A stretch of DNA of 64,000 nucleotides, from positions 96,001-160,000 of IMG/VR virus record IMGVR_UViG_3300035188_001379, one strand, 5' to 3'. This DNA is from a virus. The translations under genes were made by a program, and so were the position numbers. Under the pieces are notes generated by a model. It made no database searches and had not been told where the DNA came from. It worked only from the letters and a program-made list of their open reading frames with translations. Below, piece by piece: positions 36,701-44,959 of the stretch. Every line of letters begins with the position of its first letter. Within the stretch, counting starts at the first letter, position 1.

Positions 36701-37637
36701 AACTATGTCGCCTGAAAGTTGGCACAAGAGTCTTTCCGATCCTAGGTATTCTAAGGGAATACTGTATGGGCATAGAGAGAGAGGAAAATCGGAAAATGTA
36801 TTTAATCGTAAATATACCGTGCAACCTTTTAGTGAACAAGAACATTTGGATCGTCTTGCGCGAACCAACTTAGGCTCTCTAGCTAGGGAGGCGGCATGGA
36901 GGCATCCGGATAGTATATATCCCTACTATAAAGCTCATATGATGGATACTCGTGCAGGACAGGATGCTCAAGCAGTAAAAGAAACAATTAATGAACTATC
37001 GTATGATTCTAAGCAAAAGCGTTATATGCGAATTCTTCAAAAAATGTACGATAAAAGAGAGAAAATGCCCACTAGCCGTAAAAAATTTTTAAGCGATTCT
37101 TCTGACTACCCTAGAGAAAACTGGCGCGGCATGTCTCTACAGCAAGCAAACGACTTGCTCGACAGTGCTGGGCAAACTGGGAATCATGGTCCGCAGGCAG
37201 TTCCAGACTTAAATACGATTGCTGGTCCTGTGGGTGTAGGGCAGCCAATCACCAGGCATGAGATTTCTCATCTAGTGGATCGTAATATGCCACAAGCTCA
37301 ACGGCTAGCTGTTTTGAAAGAACTGCACCAAACACTTAAAAGAAATCCTGAAGTTATGCGAGGTATACTTAGATATAAAGATCCGACCAAGGCTATATCT
37401 GAGTCTTTTGCGCAATTGATAGGTAGCAGAGGCAATTCAAATTCAGCGAAAAGGTTTATTGACTCATATGTTGACGCTGCAAAAAATTCAAAAATATGGG
37501 ATATGCAGCAAATACTTCCTAAATTACTTGAACGTGATCCTTCTGGGCGAGACGCTGCCGTTGTTTCTCAGTTGATAAGAAGATACGGCCTTAGGTTACC
37601 TGATTACGCGCGACACCAAGGCGCTCTACCTCTATGA
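33711..37637 (+). CDS. 1308-aa multi-module protein (P-loop kinase-like, small cyanophage-type domains, zincin-like domain)
   Basis: GHSGAGKST; GLWANIHAKRKRG; AAWQRSEGKNPEGGLNAKGRASY; CWEGYEPVPGK; RHEISH; modules joined by K-x-A motifs. Confidence 0.75.
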   Translation: MNKIGDNAEASAQPFAGRTQPFANSEISAESAAINTNRSIQPGTGAIADSAPSVSSRSLKKTPGVNTNITTPPPRIPEAQQKASPAGAVGAAGGVVSAFGRRGGVIGAATNLASEDVPGAVSNVARAVSPKLNVFSRALDAGKKLIKGNPVGAGLEMAGAVVPVVPDLINTGKDFINQIDEQAEQNRQFNKRNREVRGSLEARNTGIADVDGNIFVNTNDAVLLDKLGFEVADYDLLEKTSEVLDLYSYIEKVAEVPREVAKLIDEGKAFSAEYLKEMEYNVPKGYEVKGDLCCPSEKTEKEKKRLSEKTASIQKQAVNFGQIAKAIGAGVNKIAPTVANAVHSAAPAAAKQKAIVKQFQDPSKIGFKSVYPTEPVMPAGTNPKKWRADVAEGMQQHQTLSRIRQDSSGHQAAFSFNAPNSSGVDELHNVWVHPEMIHTNQQGKGLAAHDRQLVNALIENTQTGQKWAQPMYRSTGTNSEHTVGQWLPTRGFGAPSEDWVNAVKTKINPEFEMPQPVPGVLPQFVGPSNQGPGGLKGPGWLGKYQFNPSTQQWMVHDKTDAGVNALMPVYQRLREAMGEYMGNIGLAKQGSEKSASESKPGLWANIHAKRKRGEKAAKPGDEDYPDKKQWDKLSKKGEADPEQSILISGHSGAGKSTLAKELSKLLDMNLRRVDAHKGFSDYVKKDHEHWEKSLSAGTKEYERFNKIINNANRHVLRNAPEASIIEGTQLGHLSPEELSKFKAHILVGGTPEQSIMQRIARSAKKKGVEFSPEEIEARRIKAKKVVDFWEPGIEKFRKLPGTLQYNHTEHEVEPLVEQLRALMSKQAASAAWQRSEGKNPEGGLNAKGRASYKKQTGGTLKAPVTESNPSGERAKRQNSFCSRMCGMKSKNTGSKAQSDPDSRINKSLRKWNCKCGEDHSSLFEKIACNFKEAKSRCWEGYEPVPGKDPYSEDSCRPKGKKKKIEKNASTAWKKRLRTGKLSVDGVNAILRSSGLSSTMSPESWHKSLSDPRYSKGILYGHRERGKSENVFNRKYTVQPFSEQEHLDRLARTNLGSLAREAAWRHPDSIYPYYKAHMMDTRAGQDAQAVKETINELSYDSKQKRYMRILQKMYDKREKMPTSRKKFLSDSSDYPRENWRGMSLQQANDLLDSAGQTGNHGPQAVPDLNTIAGPVGVGQPITRHEISHLVDRNMPQAQRLAVLKELHQTLKRNPEVMRGILRYKDPTKAISESFAQLIGSRGNSNSAKRFIDSYVDAAKNSKIWDMQQILPKLLERDPSGRDAAVVSQLIRRYGLRLPDYARHQGALPL

Positions 37638-37993
37638 ATCAAGGAGATCTAAGCGGACTGAAACAGTATGGGATAGATGTAGGCCTTTTAATCAGCGGGC
37701 TGTTTGGGGCTATCCTTTTAACTAGCAAGGGAAGCGCTATGAATCTTACTCGTACTGTGAGCAGCCTTGTAGGAGGAGCAGCTAGTGCAAACTATATTAC
37801 ACCTATCGTTGTTAATATGGCCAAGCTAGACGATACACACTACCATTATGGTATAGCATTTCTATTGGGTTTTCTTGGATTAAAAGGTATAGAATATTTT
37901 AGCAGCAAGCTAATTCCTGAAGTTGCTCACGAACCAGAGCCTGTGCGCGCTAGACCAAGAAAAAGAAAACCCGCAACAAGAAGAAGAAAATGA
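37634..37993 (+). CDS. holin-like three-TM protein
   Basis: Three hydrophobic helices, GIAFLLGFLGLKGIE, basic C-terminal tail. Confidence 0.6.
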   Translation: MNQGDLSGLKQYGIDVGLLISGLFGAILLTSKGSAMNLTRTVSSLVGGAASANYITPIVVNMAKLDDTHYHYGIAFLLGFLGLKGIEYFSSKLIPEVAHEPEPVRARPRKRKPATRRRK

Positions 37994-38361
37994 CTACACC
38001 AGCAGTAATCAATGCAGTTGCAAATTGCACTACCGCTTTCTCAGCTCTAGCGCTACTTATTCATATTTTTGGAGACCCTGACAACAGTGTATGGGACAAC
38101 AATATCAAAGCATGGTTAGCCAAGTCAGGCTTATCCGTAGTTGTCTGTGGAGCTATAGCGAATGTGCTCACCCTAAGCTCTCCAGCAACATCAGAGATAG
38201 TACTCAACTGCGGCATGAGTCTTACATTTTTCTGGCTTAGTTGGTGGCAGTGGGAGATGTTTAAAGAGATGCAGCGAGAGAGCGAGCGTAAAAGAATTGC
38301 TAGAAATAAAAGAAATACAGTTAAAAAACAAACAAAGCGTAAACCAGCAAAAACAGTATGA
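37990..38361 (+). CDS. multi-TM membrane protein
   Basis: 3-4 hydrophobic segments, basic tail. Confidence 0.6.
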   Translation: MTTPAVINAVANCTTAFSALALLIHIFGDPDNSVWDNNIKAWLAKSGLSVVVCGAIANVLTLSSPATSEIVLNCGMSLTFFWLSWWQWEMFKEMQRESERKRIARNKRNTVKKQTKRKPAKTV

Positions 38362-39392
38362 ATCTAGAAGATTTTAAAAACGGATGTAACAAGCAAAAAG
38401 AAGACTCTAGAGACAGAGTCTATAAGCCAAAGATCGTTCATTGGACGCATCTCAATGATATAGATCTTCGGAAAGATTGCAGCGCACCTAGAGCTCAAGG
38501 AAACATTGGTTCGTGTACTGCTTTTGCTGCCACAAGCATGTTTGATTTTGTGAGAAGGAAAAACAGCATGGTGAGCTGGCAGCCTAGTCCTCTTTTCACA
38601 TACTACGCCACACGAAAAGCAGTAGATCCTGTACTAACAGATTCTGGAGCAACTGTACGAGACGCTCTTAAAAGTGCCGCAAGAGATGGAGTAAGTATGG
38701 AGCGGGTATGGCCATATATCGTTGAGAAGTATAACGAGCATCCGCCAGAAGAGGCGTGGAATATTGCAGAAAAGCATCAGGCTCTCGAGTATCTAAAGCT
38801 CAATGACTTTGATAAGAGCGAATGGCTTAACTGTCTCCATGAGGGATATCCTTTTATATTTGGATTAAACCTATATGCGTCTTTCTTTGATCCTTTCATG
38901 CAGCTTCTTGGAGGATTCATGCTAGATCCTGATAGAGAAAATGAAAAGCTTGTGGGCGCACACTGCATGATGGCTGTTGGTTATATTAAGAACTACAATA
39001 ATAAAGAGTATCTCATAGTTCAGAACAGCTGGGGCACTGGTTGGGGAGACGGTGGTTATTGCTATATTCCACTAAGCTATATCATGACTAACGATAGCTT
39101 TGATTTCTGGACAATTAGACTTACAGAAACTAGCGACGAGTACGCTAGCGATCCTATCGAAGAGCCTAAGCCAGAACCAAAGCCTGAGCCAGTTCCTGAG
39201 CCTGCGGTAGAACCTCCTGCTCCTGAACCTGAACCTATAGTAGAACCTCCCTCTCCTGTTGTAGAGCCTGTTGTAGAGCCTGTCGCACCGGCCCCGGCGG
39301 TAGAAGTAGTGGAAGCTAAGCGCAAAAACCTACCATTCTATATAGTAATGGCTATAGGTGTGCTACTCTTACTTGTTTTTATTTTTGGATAA
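38358..39392 (+). CDS. papain-like (C1A) cysteine protease with PE-rich linker and C-terminal TM
   Basis: QGNIGSCTAFA (Cys), GAHCM (His), QNSWG (Asn); PEP repeats; hydrophobic C-terminus. Confidence 0.9.
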   Translation: MNLEDFKNGCNKQKEDSRDRVYKPKIVHWTHLNDIDLRKDCSAPRAQGNIGSCTAFAATSMFDFVRRKNSMVSWQPSPLFTYYATRKAVDPVLTDSGATVRDALKSAARDGVSMERVWPYIVEKYNEHPPEEAWNIAEKHQALEYLKLNDFDKSEWLNCLHEGYPFIFGLNLYASFFDPFMQLLGGFMLDPDRENEKLVGAHCMMAVGYIKNYNNKEYLIVQNSWGTGWGDGGYCYIPLSYIMTNDSFDFWTIRLTETSDEYASDPIEEPKPEPKPEPVPEPAVEPPAPEPEPIVEPPSPVVEPVVEPVAPAPAVEVVEAKRKNLPFYIVMAIGVLLLLVFIFG

Positions 39393-39396
39393 ATCT

Positions 39397-40395
39397 ATGC
39401 TAAAGCTTGCTAAATATATTGAAAAAACTGGGATGAATCTCAGTTACATGAAGAATGCGCTTAGAGCTGCTCGCGCTGCGGGTGTACCTATTCTTCGAAG
39501 TGAGGATGCACTAAAGTCTCATATAGCCCAAAACGTGACACCCTCTTTTTTAAAGAAAATCCCTTTCATTGGAGAACGGATGCACGACGCTACAACTAAC
39601 CTTGGAACTAATGCGTTAACCTTGAAAGGGCCTGTAGCTGTGCCTGGCCATAATTTTGTATACATGCCAAGAAGTTTTACAAACGGAGCAGGACAAAATT
39701 ATTCTCCTAGAGCGACATTGTTACATGAGTTAGGCCATATACAACACATGCAAGAAGATCCAAAGTCTTTTGGAACAATGGGTCAGTTAAATCGTGTTTT
39801 TAGTTCACCCGTAAATGCTAGAAGTAGAATGAATCTAACTGAAACTATAGCGAACAACAACGCAATTATGGATATGCGTGCAGCTAATGTTCCTGAGCAT
39901 TTAATAGATACATATAAAACTAGGGTGCAGTCTCCTTTTCATAATAGTTATGGGCTAAACCTAGAAAATATTGGAAATAGCCCTACTGGGAATATGAATT
40001 TACCTAGAAGAATTTTGCACGGTGCAACACAAAGACTTTCAGATATGGGAAAAAATATTGCAGGAATTGGAAAAAGTTTTTGGCAAAGCTTTAAAAAACC
40101 CAAGCAACTAGATGCAAATTTTTCTGGAACGGTACCAAATACCCAGGCAAGCCTGCCTGGACCTTTAAGACCGTACAAACCATCAGCCGACTTCATGAGC
40201 AAATTTAACGCCTCTTTAGGCAAAGCTAACAATGCGGCAATTTCTCCTGTCATGGAGCGCCCTGCGCATATCCCTGCGCGACAAGCCGAAGTTCGAAGAT
40301 TTTCAAGTAAAGCAACAGGTTTTGCTCCACTAAAAAAGATCCCAGTTTACACACATCCGGCTGCACAAGAATTTAACGTACCTTATTCAGTATAA
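39397..40395 (+). CDS. zincin-like (HExxH) protein with K-x-A leader
   Basis: MLKLAKYIEKTG start; ATLLHELGH...E..ANNNA. Confidence 0.65.
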   Translation: MLKLAKYIEKTGMNLSYMKNALRAARAAGVPILRSEDALKSHIAQNVTPSFLKKIPFIGERMHDATTNLGTNALTLKGPVAVPGHNFVYMPRSFTNGAGQNYSPRATLLHELGHIQHMQEDPKSFGTMGQLNRVFSSPVNARSRMNLTETIANNNAIMDMRAANVPEHLIDTYKTRVQSPFHNSYGLNLENIGNSPTGNMNLPRRILHGATQRLSDMGKNIAGIGKSFWQSFKKPKQLDANFSGTVPNTQASLPGPLRPYKPSADFMSKFNASLGKANNAAISPVMERPAHIPARQAEVRRFSSKATGFAPLKKIPVYTHPAAQEFNVPYSV

Positions 40396-40440
40396 AATAA
40401 ATCTTTATCTGGAGCAAAGCAATTGCTAGAATTACAAAAT

Positions 40441-41568
40441 ATGAGCGCAGATCAAATACACATGCTAGGCTTTATTAAAAGAGCTTCTCAATACGGTTAT
40501 TCAGAAAGAGAAATTGAATACCTTTTGAAGCAGGCTTACGGACTTCCTTCAAATTTCGTACCGAATACTCCAGGTAGCTTAGCCGCCCCTATAGCTACTT
40601 CTGTTACAGGAGGAAAAGTTCCAGAGTCGCTAAAACCTGAGTATCAAAGCAACTCTCAAGCAGGAATGATGAGCGGTTCAAATTTTTATTCTTCTCCTCA
40701 ACCGGCACAGTCGGCAGCTGCAGCTCCTGCAGCAAATCCAACACCAGCGCCTGCTCCAGTTCAAGCAGGTCCTAGCGATGCGCAGCTAGCAAAAATTATG
40801 GGCAGCTACAATCCCAAGTCGAAGCTAGACCAAACAAAAGCTACAAGAATTCGAGAGTTATATGGGCAGGGTACAACTTCACCCAGCGCCATATATGCCG
40901 ATAAAGCTTATAGTGGAATAACGCCTAAATCTATTAGAGCAGGAGGAGCACCGCAACCTATTTCAATACCAACAAAAACAGCCAGCATGAATACACAACA
41001 ACACTCATACATCTACGGATTCGTAAAAAGAGCCATGCAATATGGTTTTAGCGAGCAGCAAGCATTGAACATTTTCAAGAACGCTGCTGAACTTAAGGGC
41101 GACCAGCATAAGCTCGACGTCGATAAAGACGGTAAGATCGAGGCTTCTGACCTTAGGAAGTTGAGACAGCGCAAGCAGGCTGCGTTCATGAAGCAGTCTG
41201 ACCTTGGTGATGCGATGATGGCCGGCGCTAATTATATTCAAGATAAGGTAGTAAATCCTGTTTCTACGTTTGCGCAAGAGAAGATTGTGGCCCCTGTAAA
41301 GCAGTATATGAGCAGACCAGACCCTTTTGACCCAGCTAACAGAGCTCAGTTTGATAAAGGAGCCAAAGGAAGTTATATTAGAGAAAGAGCTCTAGCTGAT
41401 AAGGCTAATAGTGCAGCTGCAGGAGACGTTGGTACTTTCGCAGGAGGAACTGGTACTTTAACTGGAGGTACAGTAAATGCAGGTACAGTAAATGCAGCTC
41501 CAGTCGCTAGACCTGCGGTACGCGCTCCTGGTGTAACTGCCGTTAAACCTGTTGTAGCTAGACCATAA
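40441..41568 (+). CDS. low-complexity protein with two GFxKRA modules and an EF-hand-like motif
   Basis: LGFIKRASQYGYS; YGFVKRAMQYGFS; KLDVDKDGKIEASDL; alternative TTG start at 40423. Confidence 0.7.
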   Translation: MSADQIHMLGFIKRASQYGYSEREIEYLLKQAYGLPSNFVPNTPGSLAAPIATSVTGGKVPESLKPEYQSNSQAGMMSGSNFYSSPQPAQSAAAAPAANPTPAPAPVQAGPSDAQLAKIMGSYNPKSKLDQTKATRIRELYGQGTTSPSAIYADKAYSGITPKSIRAGGAPQPISIPTKTASMNTQQHSYIYGFVKRAMQYGFSEQQALNIFKNAAELKGDQHKLDVDKDGKIEASDLRKLRQRKQAAFMKQSDLGDAMMAGANYIQDKVVNPVSTFAQEKIVAPVKQYMSRPDPFDPANRAQFDKGAKGSYIRERALADKANSAAAGDVGTFAGGTGTLTGGTVNAGTVNAAPVARPAVRAPGVTAVKPVVARP

Positions 41569-41573
41569 ATAAT

Positions 41574-41831
41574 ATGACCCCCGAAGAAGCATATATCGAA
41601 GGATTCGTGAAAAGAGCAACACAGTATGGACTTAGTGAAGCTGAGGCATTTGAGCTGTTAAAAAGCGCTGTCGACCAAGATGCAGTAGCACAACCTGGTA
41701 TGAGATCCGCTACGGCTAAACCTGGTCCTGAGCGTTACGTACCTCCAGCTCCTCCTACTGGTGTGCCAGCAGTCTCGCTTGACTCTTTAGATAGTCGTAA
41801 AAAGGGTCCCGTAGCGCAAAGAAGAAGATAA
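41574..41831 (+). CDS. small GFVKRA module protein
   Basis: AYIEGFVKRATQYGLSEAEAFELLKSA. Confidence 0.7.
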   Translation: MTPEEAYIEGFVKRATQYGLSEAEAFELLKSAVDQDAVAQPGMRSATAKPGPERYVPPAPPTGVPAVSLDSLDSRKKGPVAQRRR

Positions 41832-41835
41832 GCGT

Positions 41836-43107
41836 ATGAACAGACGCGAATTCCTTTACACTGGTTTGTTCGGTGGGTTAGGAATTGGTATGGGAGATCT
41901 GTTCAGACTAAGAGCTGAGTCATCTCTAACTGCGAAGGCCGCGTCTGTTATTCATATTTTCCTGCCTGGAGGAGCAGCAGCGCAGGAAACATGGGATCCT
42001 AAAGTAAATGCTCCTTCAGAGTATCGTGGGCCGCTAAAGAGTATTCCTACAGCTATTCCTGGGATACACTTTAGCGAGCACATGAAGAATACAGCTAGAG
42101 TAGCTGATAAGATCACTCTTGTGCGCTCTATGACTCATGGCGAAGCTGCTCATGAGCGGGGTACCACCAGCATGTTTACAGGCTATAAGCCTAGCCCTGC
42201 TGTAAACTATCCTTCGTTTGGTAGCGTTGTGTCTCATGAGCTTGGAGGCGCTAATAATTTACCTGCATATGTATGCATCCCCCAAAAAATCAATAATAAT
42301 GGTAACGATGTCGCTGGCAGTGGTTTTCTCTCTAACTCGTATGGTCCTTTCAGTCTTGGATCAGACCCGGCGAGTAAAGGGTTCAAGGTAAGAGACCTTG
42401 ACTCTAATGTGAGCGCTGATCGCTTTGAGCGTAGAAAGAGTATACTTGAAACAGTGGACGGTCATTTCAAGTATATGGAGAGCACTGACGCGTTGGTGTC
42501 GATGGATACGTTCTACCAGCAAGCATATGCTCTGCTTAGCTCTGAGAAAGCTAGAGCAGCATTTGATCTGACAAAAGAAACAGCAAAGACCAGAGAAGAG
42601 TACGGACTCTCTGAAGCAGGCCAAAGATTTCTTATGGCTCGTAGGCTTGTAGAGAGTGGTGTGAAGTTTGTGAGTGTCACATATGGAGGGTGGGACATGC
42701 ACAACAATATAGGTGTACAGATAGATAAGCAGCTTCCAGCTTTTGATAAGGCTTACGCGGCCCTGATTAATGATCTTGATCAAAGAGGAATGCTAGAGAA
42801 TACACTGGTGATGGTAAGCAGCGAGTTTGGACGCACACCTAAGATAAATATGAACGCTGGGCGCGATCATTGGCCTAGAGTGTTCAGCGTTGCATTTGCT
42901 GGAGGAGGATTCAAGAGAGGGCTTGTGTACGGAACAAGCAGTGTCACAGGCGATGATGTTGACAGTAACCCTCTGTCTGTAGAAAACCTTGCAGCTACCT
43001 TGTATCATCAGCTAGGTATCAACCCAGAAGGCTCTCTTATGGCTGATGGTGGACGCCCTGTAAAGATTGTGTATAATGGTACTGTGATGCAAGAACTATT
43101 AGCATAA
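41836..43107 (+). CDS. DUF1501 family protein with Tat signal
   Basis: MNRREFL; SVIHIFLPGG..QETWDPK; ARRLVESGVKFV; GWDMH; SEFGRTPKIN..GRDHWP. Confidence 0.92.
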   Translation: MNRREFLYTGLFGGLGIGMGDLFRLRAESSLTAKAASVIHIFLPGGAAAQETWDPKVNAPSEYRGPLKSIPTAIPGIHFSEHMKNTARVADKITLVRSMTHGEAAHERGTTSMFTGYKPSPAVNYPSFGSVVSHELGGANNLPAYVCIPQKINNNGNDVAGSGFLSNSYGPFSLGSDPASKGFKVRDLDSNVSADRFERRKSILETVDGHFKYMESTDALVSMDTFYQQAYALLSSEKARAAFDLTKETAKTREEYGLSEAGQRFLMARRLVESGVKFVSVTYGGWDMHNNIGVQIDKQLPAFDKAYAALINDLDQRGMLENTLVMVSSEFGRTPKINMNAGRDHWPRVFSVAFAGGGFKRGLVYGTSSVTGDDVDSNPLSVENLAATLYHQLGINPEGSLMADGGRPVKIVYNGTVMQELLA

Positions 43108-43109
43108 TT

Positions 43110-44471
43110 ATGAGCGACTGTGGTAATCATCCTTCTTTCTCTAGCCGAAGAGAATTTCTAAATGATTTTGCATGGGGTATGGGCGGCTTATCGCTTGCCT
43201 CTATTCTAAATTTTAGTACTCATACGCTAGAGGCTAGCGGAGCACTAGGAGCAAAGAAACCGCACTTTCAACCAAAAGCAAAAGCAGTAATTCAATTGTT
43301 TGCTAGTGGTGCTCCTAGTCATGTAGACACTTTCGACTATAAGCCAGAGCTGCAGAAAAGAGATGGAGAGAAGCACGATTATGGAAATCTGCTAGCTTCT
43401 CCTTTTGAGTTTAAAAGATTTGGTAAGTCTGGTATACACTATTCTGAAGTGTGGAGCAAGCTTGCCGGTCATGCTGACGACATCGCAATAATCAACAGCA
43501 TGCAGACTCCAATACCTGACCACGGTATTGCTAGCAAGTTCCTACACACAGGAAGCTCTCAGTTGAGTAAGCCTAGTCTTGGTAGTTGGCTTGTATATGG
43601 GCTAGGTACATTGAATGAGAATATGCCAGGGTTTATCTCGTTAAACTCTTCTCCTGAGTCTAGGCAGTGTGCATTTCTTCCTGGGATGTATCAGGGTTGT
43701 AATGTGTCCTATCGCCAAGGCATGAATCCTAACGAGATTCTTGCAAATCTACGTAGCGAGTTCAGCACAATAGAAAGACAAAGAAGGCAGATCGATCTAG
43801 CTAGAAGTCTGAGTTTGGATCATATGAGCAAGCTGCAGAAAGACACACAGCTCGAGGCCAGACTAGAGTCTTTTGAAACTGCGTTTAAGATGCAGACCGA
43901 AGCCACTGACGCTTTTGATACGAGCAAAGAGAGTGAAGCTGTTAAAGACTTGTATGGCAGAACAGAAGAAGGCGCAAGAATGCTTGTGGCTCGTAGACTT
44001 GTAGAAAAAGGAGTACGGATGGTTCAGGTAAATGTAGGAGGCTATGATCACCACTCTGATATTAAAAATGCTATGAGTAATACGGCTCGTAGATATGATC
44101 AGGCATTTTCTGCGTTGCTTACAGATTTGAAGCAAAGAGGATTACATAAAGACGTACTTGTTGTTTGGGGTGGAGAGTTTGGTAGAACTGTAACTAGTGG
44201 AGGAGGTGCAGGTGCTCCTGGCAGAGATCACAACGGTAAAGCTTTTAGCGTCTGGATGAGTGGCGGTGGAGTGCAAGGAGGACAAAGATATGGTGAGACT
44301 GATGAGATAGGAGCTAAAGCTGTAAAAGACGTCACAGGCATTCATGATCTGCACGCTACAATTTTACATCTGATGGGGTTTGACCACACAAAGCTTATCT
44401 ACGAGTATAACGGAAGACCGTTCAGGCTTACTGATGTATACGGTGATGTGATTAAAGAAATCACAGGCTAG
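43110..44471 (+). CDS. DUF1501 family protein (second subfamily) with Tat signal
   Basis: SRREFL; HFQPKAKAVIQLFASGAPSHVDTFDYKP; WGGEFGRT; GRDHN; HDLHATILHLMGFDH. Confidence 0.92.
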   Translation: MSDCGNHPSFSSRREFLNDFAWGMGGLSLASILNFSTHTLEASGALGAKKPHFQPKAKAVIQLFASGAPSHVDTFDYKPELQKRDGEKHDYGNLLASPFEFKRFGKSGIHYSEVWSKLAGHADDIAIINSMQTPIPDHGIASKFLHTGSSQLSKPSLGSWLVYGLGTLNENMPGFISLNSSPESRQCAFLPGMYQGCNVSYRQGMNPNEILANLRSEFSTIERQRRQIDLARSLSLDHMSKLQKDTQLEARLESFETAFKMQTEATDAFDTSKESEAVKDLYGRTEEGARMLVARRLVEKGVRMVQVNVGGYDHHSDIKNAMSNTARRYDQAFSALLTDLKQRGLHKDVLVVWGGEFGRTVTSGGGAGAPGRDHNGKAFSVWMSGGGVQGGQRYGETDEIGAKAVKDVTGIHDLHATILHLMGFDHTKLIYEYNGRPFRLTDVYGDVIKEITG

Positions 44472-44508
44472 CTCTAGCAGTCTAAAACTAACCTAGAAAT
44501 AATTTATA

Positions 44509-44955
44509 ATGCACAACACAACATCAGCAATAAACGACATAGAGAAATACGCAGACCCCACTAGTTCTAGGTATGGGAAGCTTTTGAACTGGCCTGATCC
44601 TGTATGGCCGATTTGGCACTATGGCATCGGGCTATCTGATACCTATATTTTTGATACTGGTAAGGGTTGGCAAGCCTTTCAAAGAGTAGATGCCAAAGAA
44701 GTAATTGGAGTCGATCATTTGCACCTAGCTTCAGTCGATGTGATTGACCGATTAAAAAAGGCTGTAGAGTGTTTTAAATCATGGAGCTATCATCTGCTGG
44801 GCTGGAATTGTGAACATATGAGCAGACTTGTAGCAACTCAAGAAGCTCGCTGCTATGCAATAGGACCTGTACTAGGTTTGCGTTTAGCTGGTGACGGAGT
44901 AAACCACGACGCAGACAAGCTGTTTGCAGAATACATTAAAATTAAAGACAGCTAA
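44509..44955 (+). CDS. LRAT-like (permuted NlpC/P60) domain protein
   Basis: WHYGIG ... YHLLGWNCEH. Confidence 0.75.
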   Translation: MHNTTSAINDIEKYADPTSSRYGKLLNWPDPVWPIWHYGIGLSDTYIFDTGKGWQAFQRVDAKEVIGVDHLHLASVDVIDRLKKAVECFKSWSYHLLGWNCEHMSRLVATQEARCYAIGPVLGLRLAGDGVNHDADKLFAEYIKIKDS

Positions 44956-44959
44956 AATT

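Noticed and set aside
39160-39310. GAGCCT-type tandem repeat as a contingency locus
   Set aside because: It simply encodes the Pro/Glu-rich stalk of the protease; repeats are imperfect and in frame
41836-44471. Host chromosome / prophage boundary at the DUF1501 genes
   Set aside because: Flanked on both sides by phage-type K-x-A genes at 2-40 nt spacing, with no integrase, att site or other cellular genes
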